The position numbers and the translations under genes were made by a program. This document shows, piece after piece, positions 52,144-64,000 of a stretch of 64,000 nt of DNA (positions within the stretch are counted from its first letter, which is position 1; each line of letters opens with the position of its first letter). The notes under the pieces were generated by a model. That model made no database searches. It saw only the letters and a program-made list of their open reading frames with translations, and had not been told where the DNA came from. Source of the stretch: Marsupella aquatica. Its lineage: Eukaryota; Plantae; Marchantiophyta. The stretch lies in assembly GCA_973895155.1 (NCBI GenBank), contig OZ316897.1:16660058-16724057 (forward strand). The letters run 5' to 3'.

Positions 52144-54293
52144 GGCTAACGTATAACTAACTCTATACTGTTGGGCATTCCTGTCACAAAATGCTCTTAC
52201 GCTCAAAAAACTCAAATAGACGCATAACTTTGTGAAACAAAATGGTGCAAAAAACTTAGTCGGCATTGATGTATTTATAGTTTTTGGTGACCCTGAGCCA
52301 CGTGGCTACTTCTGACTGGTCAGCCGCTACACGACAAAATAGCTTGGGTGATTAAAAAAGGTTCAAATTAGTGTTTTAACGACAAAATTAATGTACATGT
52401 TAAGTGTTTCCTCTGGGGTGGATGGAAGTTTTATTCTATTTGGGATATTGTACTGTGGGTTGCTTTAATCAGCCATTGAGACAATTTGGTTCTAGATGCG
52501 ATACAAGTATTGCTTTTTGCATTTTGGGGTGATTTTTTTCAAATTGGTCCTGTAAAAGGTGCACATATTGTGCTTTGGAGTTATGTACCATAGTTTTGCT
52601 GATTCACAATCACTTTTCACGATGGTTAGGCGGAATGGTTACCATGATTTTGTCACTTTACTTTCTGGTTAAAAGTAGATCAATTGCGTTGAACTGTGTA
52701 GTAAATTTTGGGCAACTATGATGTAACTTTTCAAATCGTTGATAGTAAAGTTTTTGAAAGGAGAGGTTGAGCTACTTTTGGAGTATATTCTCAAATGATG
52801 AATGTGGTTTGCGATACAAGTATTGCTAGTTGCTTTCCTTTATGTGTTTGGGTTTGGAAGCAAAACTATTTTCCATGTGTACAAGTTGACGGAAAATAAG
52901 GATTTTCCATGTTGGAAACAAAGTTGAACGTTGTCAACAACAAACAATACATTTCGGAAGTTTAAATATATATAATGAGGTAGTCTGTGGGCATTGCTCA
53001 CCCCTTCAATGAAATCCCATCTACGATACAAAAATGGAACTATTGGGATATTGCAGAATTTTGGATCGCTATTTGTGTCATTTCAACAAAATTGGCGAGA
53101 ATAAAAAACACCCTTCTTTATGTGCGGAAATACTTCTCAATTGGTCCGAAATCATGTTTGTATTCCAGTGATGGTATGAAATCCACACTGAACTGGATGT
53201 TGTTTCAAGCTCGAACTCTATACAGTAAAGTACTTGATCAATACAGTGTTGTTGTCTCAACACAAGCTTCTGTATATGTGTTGAGTCCTCAATTCTTGTC
53301 TATGGATGCGCCTCTGATCAATATGTTACTTCAGTTGTACCTTTCTGACACTTAAGTCTCTGGGCATGAAGACCACAACTATTCAAGAGAAGCTTGGAAG
53401 TTCCTTCAATAGGTGGTCTAGATGATATATTTTAGTTGAGGTATATCTTGATTGACATGTGAGTAAACCTGTGTTCTTTGCACTAAATCCTCGAGGAGAC
53501 AAATGGGCACCAGAGGTTTTGTAACTTGGAAGGCAGCTATACGGTGGGAAGAAGTTGGCTGGAAGTGACAAGTGTGGATTGGTATATACTTGCAAAAATC
53601 TTGAATGTACAAAAATAGCGCCCTGCAATTAGGTGTGTAATCCAAGGGATTATTTTGAGTTGATACTTTTGTAGAGTACACCTAACAACAGAAAGTTTGA
53701 GACCACATATGGATGTCCTGTACTATTGCCATCAAGTGTGACATAAACAGAGATCAACCAATTCATTAAAAGTGGAAAATTATCAATGCTTTGGAATATT
53801 GCTTATCTCTATTTAGAATATTATAAAACCAAAATTGGAATTTAAATACCCAATTTTTGGAATTTCTTGACACACATTTTTGAATTTTTTTCATGATTTG
53901 TAATATTTGTTTATGAATATATCAAAGTCAAAATACCTAGAAGTATTTACAATCCATGAACCTTGTATCATCCAAGACATTCTAAAGTGAAGTCAATCTT
54001 TTTGGGGGAAAGGGGGGGGGGGGCACAAAGCCTCAATACCACACAAAAAGAAGTCATTGACAAACCTAATATATATTTCATATTATTTTAAATAAATAAA
54101 ATCCAAAATTGAAATGACATAAGTACCCTAATTACCTTGCCTAATCAATTTTAGACTCAGTGCCAAGCAGGCAAAACATAAGAGTAGATTACCAACCTAA
54201 AAAATAAGTCATCCTTATACTTTTGATAGTATAGGCTTAACAACTAACTGAATCTATATAATCCTACTAAACAAATGATATCACTCTCAATAT

Positions 54294-57200
54294 CTACCTT
54301 TGCTCTTCTATATCTATCCTTGCTAAATAAACTTTGATTTCCTCCAGTTTCTTTTTGGGGATTCGAATGCCTTGTTCAGCTTTATTCCCTTGATATGTCC
54401 AAAAGTGCATGGCTGCTGTTGCGTTACACCATTCTTCTTTCTGCAAAATATCACATTCCCAAAGTTTTTGCTTCTTCAAACATCCTTCATATCGATCATA
54501 CAATGATCTATCCTTTTTGGTGCTTTTGGGTCTCCACCATTGCAACAGAAAATCTCCACAATTTGGTAGTTCAGGGTCCATTTGAACTTTGCTCAATGCT
54601 CTTCCCATCCAGAAGCATCCTGGCTTGTTATCCTCAAATTCTTGTGTTGGACGAATAATGATGAAAACGCCTGCTTCAATATCTTCGAGAGGAACAAACC
54701 GATTGCTTTCCCTTTTAGAAAGAGGACCCACAAATATTGTTTGACCTTCAAGAATTTCCTCATCAGCCTCACGTTGAAGGATAACAATATCTGGAGGATT
54801 CTCCCAACCCGTCACATCAAATGATCCAAGATCACTTTTATAGCCTGTACCATGTTTGGTTCGAGGCCAAAACCCATCCACCAGCGGCTGCTCTTCAATA
54901 TCCACTATCTCCAAAAGGGGCTTTTGCAAAAGCTCAGTAACTGTCTTCCAATATTGCACTAAAGGAAACCTTTCCTTATATCCCTGTGAGGTCTTATCCT
55001 TCCATGTTTTCTCTATCCACTCTATATAGTTTTTGATGTAGACTGAAACATCTTTGGCTTTCTGAAAAAGTGTAGTTGGGGTTTTGGCAAGTGGTTCTCC
55101 AATTGGAAGGACAAGTGTTTTACTTCCATCTTCAACCCATATGCATCGTCCTTGGGGTGGTGACCATGAGTCATTGATATTCTCCTTGACTTGGTACACA
55201 GGGACATTATTTTTCATTGTAAATAGGAATGCCATTGGTGCAGAGTGCCCTGCAATAGTCTTCACAAAAGCACTAACATAAGACTTGTAGCTAGCCATTT
55301 ATTGGATCAATGTGGGTACTGGGTGAATTGCTTCGCTTTCCCATACCTCTGCCATAAGTGAAAGTAGGGTTTTGACCTCACGATGCTTAAGTCGAGTGCT
55401 TACCCTAGAGAATACTGCATCAACATCCTCATGTGTATGCCCAACCATAAGGAAAGACATGACAATACTCTCAAAGTGTCCCCTCAGAACCAACTCACTA
55501 CAGAATGCCATCATGGCCCAATTCTTGTTGTCCTTTGCAGAGTTGTCCATTTGTAAGTGTAGATGTCTTGGCAATTTCTTGAACAGTGTAGTGCTACTAC
55601 TCTGACATTCTGCCAATCCGCTTGCCACAATTGGTGAGACACAATCCTTGTCCACAAGTTCCCCACAATATCGATCAGTTGTGACATTGTTGGCATCTAG
55701 ATATCCAATTTGAAAAGCTTGCTTTTCCAATAATGCCTTGAATAAGGGGTTTGTTGCCTGATGGGAATGAACTCCAAGATCTCCACTTTTATCCCCCGAA
55801 TATGCTTCCAAATCACGCAAGCACTTTGCAACGGAGGTAATAGTAAAATCCGGATCAGATGGCCACATCCCTGTCAAACTAAAGTGGGCAAAGACTCCAG
55901 GTTCCCGACCATGTGTCAACATCCCAGTCAAAGCCATTGGTAGTGGTTGACATCCACTAGCCATGCTTTTTAGTGTATCAACCATTTTAGGAATTTGGGT
56001 TTTGTTTTGATCCATCTTATCATGAATAATGCAAAGAAGATCTTCTGGATTTCTTCTTGCCATCACCCGAGCTGCATAGTAAAGGTTTCGATGAGACATT
56101 TGTTCTTGCATGTGTTTTTCCCTTGCTGCTTCGTACCGCTTGCGAACTTCAGTTCTTCTCTCCTTCATCAACAACTCCTTCAAAGTGGTGCATTGAGTGC
56201 ACTTTGCAAAAGCACTCTTCACATGGAATGAAAAATTTGCATAGTTCTCCCTCCACATCTTATAGAAAGACCCAATGGTAATTCCGTGACTCCCTTCCAC
56301 CTTCATGCTCTCAACTACCTCATCATAGATAGCATCTTTGTTATAGCAAGATGGTAATCTGTAGATGATGTTTGATGTTCCCTTCTTCCCTGTGTATCTG
56401 AGATGTGGCATAGGCTCGCCAAGGGTATTCACTACACGGTCAAGATGAGCACGAAACTCTTGTGTTGTCATCCTTGGTTTTTTGGTGCCCTTATTGCCAT
56501 GAAACCCCACTTTACAACCACCCTTGTATAGATTCTCATAGTTGTAGAAGGTGCTTGTAGAAATTCCAAATATAATTGCAAATGCCATTTTGCAAATGAT
56601 GCGACCTTTGACAACCATTTGTCCTTGCTCAACCATAGATCTCTCCCTCATTTCAAAAACATTCATCATATGACTGATTTTGTTATCACTGTCCAAACCA
56701 TAGAACTCAGTTCTGACCTCTTCAATGTCTGTGCGGGGGAAGTTCCGACAGCATTCCATTCCACACTTGACTTCTTCATGCCCACTTGAGCTATTTTGTT
56801 CTCATCCACCTTCACACTTCTTCTCTGCTCCACTCTTTTTTCTTGGCGTGCATTTGGGTTGGCTGGTTTTCTCAACCCGCCCATGGAATAATGCCTTTTC
56901 TTTTGCTGGTACTCCATAGAAGAGAACAAATCATCCTCATCATTATCCCCCTCTTTATGTACAGTCTGTTCATCCTCAAGTTCTGACAGAAGATCTCCAA
57001 GAAACTTGTCAGAAGGATAGAATTTCAAAGTTGCAATCGGCCATTTTACCAAGCACGGGGTTCCCACTAAAAATGTGAGAAATTCCTTCTGTTGCATGTG
57101 GATATTGCAAATCACACGTTCAACTAGCACCCCAACATGACCATCACCAAGCACTTCATTGTTTATTGCTGCTGTGGGTTGCCATGCTGTGATTGATCCT

Positions 57201-58015
57201 CTTGCAAGCAATGTCACCCGATCAACAGTATAAATCTCCACATCTTTTAAGTACCACTTGGAACGATCATTCAAATCGTAGTTGTCATGTGGTCCTTGAC
57301 TGAGTCCGCCATTTTGAATCTCAATCGATTCACACCCACTGAATTGCTCACCAGCATGATATACATTGACTATATCCCAAAGAACAACACTACCTACAGA
57401 CTGCTCAATTGTCTTTATGTTAGTGTTGGGGTATGGCAATTGAGTCACCCCATGAAGTGCTTCAACCACATGGACACTAATACACCCTGGTCCCAATAAT
57501 ATGTCACCACAAGTATCCTCTGGTTGAGTATTAGAAACTTCTCCCCGTGCAACAACAATGCTTGTAAGTTGCAGTAGCACATCATCTCCTGAACAAAATG
57601 GTGCAACCGGTTCATTGTTGGAATTGGGGACTTGGTTTCCAACAATCCTTGAATCATCAGTTCCTTCAAGTCTCACAAGGTTGGGAGTATCATTGGATGC
57701 TTTTTGGACATGCAATGGGATGTTCTCATTTGCCAAAATGGCACTAGCACAGTCCCATATAACATATGAACGCAAAGCCTCCCCAGTGGTGTCAGCTCCT
57801 GGATTTGGGTAAGGAAGAGGTTTTGTTGGCTCAAAGATTTCAGCCACCAGAACACTCATGCGGTTGTTACCCAATGCCTCAGAATGACAAGTGTGTTCTG
57901 GATTGGTCTTAAACACAACCCCCCTTGCAACCAATATATTCTCAAGATGAAGAAGTACTTCAGACCCTTGGGAGAACAAAAAATTGGCACTCCGAGTTGT
58001 AGTCATGATCTGCAT
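54294..58015 (-). pseudogene. DUF7869-type DDD transposase 2 with three N-terminal Tnp1/DUF8039-like repeats
   Basis: CIIHDKMDQNKT, LHLQMDNSAKDNKN, FLMVGHTHEDVDAVFS, FAKCTQC; frameshift near 56770; in-frame stop at 55299; three (V/L)ARG...LG....V.V...W units in 56666..58015. Confidence 0.85.
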
Positions 58016-58079
58016 AAAAAATTGTTAAGAAAATTACTCAAGATCAGTTGAAGATGACAGGTTGTCAGGGTCCAGAAGA

Positions 58080-61000
58080 AACCTCAATATCATCGTGAGG
58101 TTTCAGGCTACTTGGATACTAAAGTGAAATTCATCCAGGCACTAAACCTAGTTTTTGTGGTTAAACTTAATATGGTCCCATGCAAGTGCTTAACATGCAT
58201 AGTTGGGTCAACTTTGCATTAAAAAGTCCATTATGTAGGTATAAGGCAATAATGTTAGAAATAATAGTGGGTTAGAAGGTCCGCAAGTAATTACACGGAT
58301 GTGGACTGACAGAATGTTAGACTACAATATGTTTGCCGGAATACATTCACAAGACCTACTAAGAGATTCAATTTAACCCAAAAGAATGAGAATTATTGGT
58401 CTTAAAATAAAGTACAGTAGAACTTCACGATTGTCGTGAGGTTTCATTTCTTGCTTCAAGAAGACTGAAGTATGAAGAAATGAATGAGAACAAAAATGAA
58501 GTACCTATGGACTTAAAGGCTTGTATTGGGAAAAATCTCATGAGGTTGAGAGAAATCAAGTCTTACAACCCATTAAAAAATGATCCATTCACTATTTTCT
58601 CTTAATGTTGATATTAATAGTTTAGTCCATGTAACTTCCATATGAATGATGGACACACACAGGAAAACTTACAACCTCAAGATGATCTTGAGGATGACAA
58701 TTTATGCCTCTATATCTCAATGAACAAAACAAAACATATGTAGACCTATGTCATATTGAGCTTGGCCAAGTATGCAAATTGATGGTCATAATTAGTTACT
58801 TTTAGTGCACAAGACAAAAATAAAGCTAAAGACTCACAACGACTTAAACAAAGTAAAAGAAACATACCCAAAATTCAGAATCATAAATGTCTTTGCCGCA
58901 TGTGGTGAAGATAGAGTATAAGAGTGCCACCATGCGTCCTCATCAATTAGAAGACGCCCAAATGTTCATCAAACGTCAGTTCAGACTCAACTGCAGTGTC
59001 AGCATTGTCCACCATGATCTAAGAGAGTTGGAGTAGGAGGAGGGTCTTTTCATTGGTTAAATGAAGGAAAATGCTTAGACTTCCCTCAGAAAATAGTTGT
59101 AGGAGAGTGGGCACAAATAGAGAATGCAAAAGTGTGAGTAGCAGAAAAGAAAAATAAACAACTCTGAAACTGAAGTAAAATGAACATGTGGAAGTGTTGG
59201 GCTGGGTTTGCAAATATATCTTTGAGAGCAACGGATCAGCGTGAGATGGATTGACTAATGTTGCTGAGTTTGAGTTTATTGGCGAAGACTCATTGGCCCC
59301 AGGTTTGGAGGGAATTGTCAGCTTTCATCAATAAGAATGAAGAAAAAACAAAGTTGCTTAGCACATTTTTAATATTTAAAGAATGCCGACAGACCTTTTG
59401 CTTTTGCATGTTGGATTTGTCCTCCTATATACTGTAGAGCTCTATATTTACATGGAATCAAACGGGAGTTTCAAAAATCCTTACTATTCATTCTGTTTTT
59501 TTAATTTTCCACTCATTGGCCCAGTTTTGGAGGGATTCGCCGACTAGCTCGCATTAATAGACTCCAAGTAAACGACATTTGCTCAACACATATTAATTTT
59601 TAAAAATATGATGACTGAGGGACATTTTGCGATTTTTCCTCCATTATTGTATAGACTAGTGTATTTGCACGATGAGGAACCTTGTAGTCAGAATTTTTGT
59701 GTTTTTGAAATTTGAAAATTTTCAGGTTTTCCTTGTGGCTAAGTATTTTGGCTTGTTCTCTTGCAATAACAAACCGCCATCCGTTTCTTAGTACTTTTTC
59801 TCCTTTTAGCAACGCTTGTTGGCCCATTGACCTCACCAACTTCACCAACTTCTTGGACATTACTTGGTTTTAGTGGAGTAGTTGGAGTTGGCCTTTTTTT
59901 GCCATGGTCAAGTGTAAATCTCTCAATATTTTTTTAGAGGCCCCAAAATATGGATTAAAATTTTTGGCCAAAGACGAATGTAAATTTGACACAGTTACAT
60001 TAGAGTTGTTAGGATTTGGTACCAAATATATAATTGGTACCAAATAATTAGCCATATATAGATGCATGCCGTATAAGGTGTCATGTGACTTACTAAGTGT
60101 CAGCTCCGTGTGAAGAGGAGAAGGCGGCTAGAGTTGGCGGAAGCTCGATTGGGAAATTATCGGGGGTACTTCACCAAAGAAAACTCTGTCGTTTGTTGAG
60201 GCCCTGAAAACTCGTTTGTTGAGGCCCTAGCTGCCAAGAAGAGGATGATTCGTAGTGTGAGGACATCCGTAGCAAGAGCGCATGCAGGGCGTTTTTAGTG
60301 GAAGGTGAAAGGCTGTGAGGACAGCCGCAGCAAGAGCGCATGCACGGTATTTTTAGTGGAAGGTGAAAGGCTGGCAGGCGCTACTGCTGGCACGCCCTAG
60401 TACTGTTGGCAGGCCCTTGTGAGGGATCAGCATCAAGACTTCTCCTTGTTCATGCTCACATATCTATTTAAACTCAAAATTCTCTGCACTCATTCCTCAG
60501 AATTGTGTACATCGTACGTGAGGGAGGACTATTCAAGTTAGCTACAGTACCTCTGTCATAACTGTCTGCACAATCACCAAGGTACCGATAGTCAGTGTTT
60601 ATGTGGAATAGTGGAGTAGATTCCTGTTGTACTAGAGGTGCCTATTCATTAGTGTTTTCTGTATTGCTGGTAGCTACATGTGCCTTGCTCAGGCCAGACA
60701 ATCCCTCTACTATACGTATGACTGGTGAAGGAGGTGCGTATCTCATTGTCCTTATCTTATCTTGGGTTGTTATCTTATTATCTTCTTTCTCAATTGAACG
60801 TGAACTAATGGGTGTCATGAGTCTCCTTACCGGCTCAATGCGCTTTCTCATTTGTATTTGATAAGTTTCGTGACCGGTTCAATACGCATGCGCGCTTATT
60901 ATCAGAGTATGCTCTGAGGAGATTGAGTTGCATTGTATTGTTTAGGGTTTGAGTTGCTACATTAGAAATGATGAGTTTCGTGACTGGTTCAATACGCATG

Positions 61001-63850
61001 CGCGCTTATTATCAGAGTATGCTCTGAGGAGATTGAGTTGCATTGTATTGTTTAGGGTTTGAGTTGCTAAATTAGAAACTTTGATTGAGTTTTGGTATAC
61101 CAGAATGAGCAAGTTTAGAGTATCTGCAAAGAATCTTTTAAGATTCTTTGATAGGCGCATGGCTTTGGCATGGCTAAGCCCAAGAAGGATCTGGTAATGA
61201 TGACAAAGCAAGCACATGTTGAGCTTCCAGGTACTTTTCATTTTCCAACCTTGCTACTTCTGTTATTTTGGCATGTATTCTTTGACATTCTCATGTTTTT
61301 TGCTTGTTAACCTCACGATCGTCGTGAGGTTGACTATTCTAATGCTTGATTAAAGTTAGAATTTCAATTATTTTTACTTGTTAACCTCATGATCATCGTG
61401 AGGTTTCTACATTTTCTTGCTTGACTAACTAAGATGAGGAAAGTCATTTCTACTTGCCTAACCTCATGATCATCGTGAGGTGAAGGGTCATCATTTCATG
61501 GCTTCATGAGAGGGTGAAGGACATTTTTTCTTTTCAACCTCACAATGGTGATGATCAAGGTTTCAAATTTTCATGCATGGATAGAGAATAGTAACATCTT
61601 TTTTCTGTGGATCACCTTCAGATATTTGCAAGGATTAGGGTCTTTTTTAATGGTTTGGCAATAGGTTCAAGGATATTTTTGCTTGGAAAAGCTCACTATC
61701 ATTGTGAAGTTTAGCCATATTTTCATGGTTTGGTGAGAGGTCAAGGAGAGTGTCAAGAATATTTTTGTTGGCAGCAAACCTCACAATTGTTGTTTCATTT
61801 CATATTTATTTGCATGGTTTGGTTCAAGGGTTGAGCTCATATTTTATCATTTTTATGCTTCCATAGAAATTGTCAAGTTCTATTTTGCTTGCCAAAACCT
61901 CACGATTATCGTGAGGTTTGCTCATTTCTGCATCATTCCACCTAGTTTATTCTCAAGAATTGGATCTGTTCATTTAATTAATGGACTTCACTTGTTTATT
62001 GTGTAGATGATTACCATGATTTGGACCCAGTATCTGCACCAAAATTTTTGATATTGATGTATGTTTAACATACAGCTATGACATTGGAGAAGAGTGGGCA
62101 ATTGATATGTACCCTTACGATGGAGAAGTTCATTTGTGTTTGATTGACACAAAAAAAGATCCACACCGATTGCGATAGCACATTGTTGGTCCAATTGCAT
62201 ACTTGCAAATGCATTCTGAGGATCAAGTAACTGTTCTTGTAGAGAATTACACGGAAAAAAAATGGTATCAATACTTGCTTGATGCAAATACATATGGAGT
62301 GCGGTTGAATACCACTTGGATTGATGATATGCCAGCCAATGTTATTTCTTTGGCATTCTTTCCTTTGGACTTTAGTTTCAAAGGTAGTTCAGATCAAGGA
62401 CAACTTTCACACCAGGAGATTGCATCTGGTTATGCTCGAGTCTTACATTTGCTGAAAAGAAAGAAGCATTTCTTGTGTAGGACATTGCAGATGGAGCAGT
62501 GCATTGAGACAAGTGGACTAACCAACATTGATATTGATCCAGCTGTTCTTTTCCATAAGAAATTTGGAAAAGAAACACTCTCCAACTGGATTGACTTGCA
62601 AACTTTGGTTGCAAACAAGGTGAAGGAAGTGCCAAAGTCTTTAGAAGATGACTTGGGAGTAGATATGTCAGAATATGAAGGGGCCAAGGCTGACAAAGAA
62701 GCGGTACCAATCATTGATCCCAGTAGAGAGGCATCTCCACAACAAAGTGAGAAGCTTGATAGTGTAGAGCCTCAAATTCAGAGCATTCCTGGAATTGTCC
62801 AACAAAAGAAGAAACAAGCTACCAAGCTTGTAGTTTCTCAGCCAAAGAGACGACCGCCAACCACCAAGGCACAAAATGTGCAGAGGAAGAGAAAACAGCC
62901 ACAAGAAGAGGACAACGTGGAAGAGATTTTTGCACAACAAAGTGAAAAGATTGAGCCCATTGTACTTCAAATAGGAGGCAATGTACAGAGCAAGCCAACA
63001 ATTGTGCAACCAAAGAGAAAGCCATCAACAAGAAAGAAGTCATTGGGGAAGCAACATAGCAATAGGGATACAGTTGTTGATCTTGTGCAACAAGGAGCAC
63101 TAATCTTACGAGAAGTGGGTGACAATGAAGAGAGTGAGTTACCTGGAGCCAAAGAGATTGAAAAATCTAACAAGATTTTGCAAGAGGTGAAAGATTACTA
63201 TCCTTTTGGAATTAGAACACATTTTGGGATTCCGGTGAAGAATATCACGCAACCTCCTGCTACCATGTGTTATAGGAAAATTAACCTTTCTCATGTTGAT
63301 GAGATAATGACTGGGATGATCTTGCATCCCGAGCAGCAACCTCATCCTGCTGATTTAGTTCCCTACAACCCTCAGACCTTGAAGCCAATGAGTTTTGCAA
63401 AAGATGACATGACTCAATTTCAGAAATTGATGCCAAAGTTAAAGTTCTTTGCTATAAGTGGACAGCATTCTGCACTTGCTGCTCAAAGAATTTGTGAGCA
63501 TGCCAAAAAACAACCTGATCTTCGAGAGCTTGCAAATAAATTGCAAGTACGTTCATATCGCATTTTTAGTGGAGCTACACCCAAAAAGATCTTGCTGGAG
63601 TTCTCTAGTAGCTCAAATGAGATGAACAAGATTTCTGATTATAAATCTCCATTCATTGATACTGTGGAGCATGCAAGAAATCAATACGCTGATTTTGGTT
63701 TTCCAAAACGGCCTGAGGCGGGACAAACAGCAAGTCCAATTTACAAGGTAAGTTTGCCTTGCATAAAAGGTTTAAGTTTGTTGTACTGTGTTATTTTTCT
63801 GAATCATGAATGCAATGCCTAAGTAACAACCTCACAATGATCGTGAGGTC
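58080..63850. repeat. Dispersed 23-bp palindrome B: AACCTCACGAT-N-ATCGTGAGGTT
   Basis: Copies start at 58080, 58421, 58673, 61309, 61383, 61460, 61689, 61896 (perfect) and 63828; partial copies at 61536 and 61777. Confidence 0.92.
60256..61078. repeat. Local tandem duplications (58 bp x2 at 60256-60372; 110 bp x2 at 60864-61078)
   Basis: Directly visible adjacent duplicates. Confidence 0.85.
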
Positions 63851-64000
63851 AACTACTCATATTGAAAAGATATAGTTTCTTTTGACATGTGCAGGAATTT
63901 GAGCATACAGCAAAAATGACCATGGAGAAGAAACATCTTACTGAAGTACATTGGATACTTTTTGCATCTGAGAAGTTGTATTGTTTGTGGAAGGAAGTGT
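62047..64000 (+). CDS. Second ParB/Srx-like gene (runs off window; one upstream TAG at 62176)
   Basis: YRKINLSHVDEI...FFAISGQHSALAA...RIFSG...FIDTVEHARN aligns by eye with the 46.2-46.6 kb domain; intron 63748-63894 followed by an open exon to the window edge. Confidence 0.7.

Larger units (their letters stand above)
42223..52826. repeat. Dispersed 16-bp palindrome A: GCGATAC-NN-GTATCGC
   Basis: Copies start at 42223, 42527, 42567, 42616, 42813, 44600 (perfect), 48535, 51603, 51714 (perfect), 51810, 52498 and 52811; degenerate copies at 43723 and 43824. Confidence 0.9.

Noticed and set aside
52840-53681. Decayed minus-strand gene between the two modules
   Set aside because: Many stops in all frames and no recognisable motif
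61309-61482. Palindrome B copies at 74-77 bp spacing as a CRISPR array
   Set aside because: Only three regularly spaced copies; the intervening DNA is AT-rich and partly similar, and other copies are dispersed, which fits binding sites better

Overview
Eukaryotic, TE-dense DNA with GT-AG introns and heavy C>T decay. It is probably from a non-seed land plant such as a liverwort (inference from the TE families). No intact ordinary host gene was found. From left to right: (i) an Athila-like Ty3/Gypsy element on the minus strand whose 4.65-kb LTRs each contain a ~1216-codon ORF. It sits in CACTA element 1, which has an intact TnpD, a TnpA-like gene and a captured EDM2-type PHD module. CACTA 1 is inserted in the transposase of CACTA 2, which is inserted in a coiled-coil gene. 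(ii) A non-autonomous short-LTR element with a half-tRNA-Ile PBS. (iii) A coiled-coil/RING-H2 pseudogene split by a solo LTR and a 2-kb inversion, then a 21-bp tandem array and an RPA-like OB-fold remnant. (iv) The strongest candidate for a new system, at 42-64 kb: two adjacent modules, each pairing a DUF7869-type DDD transposase with a ParB/Srx-like gene, the first fused to a beta-class amino-methyltransferase fold. Each module carries its own dispersed palindrome: GCGATAC-NN-GTATCGC at 42.2-52.8 kb and AACCTCACGAT-N-ATCGTGAGGTT at 58.1-63.9 kb. This resembles a ParB/parS-like self-recognition and self-marking system carried by a eukaryotic transposon. All domain calls are by eye from motifs; no searches were run.
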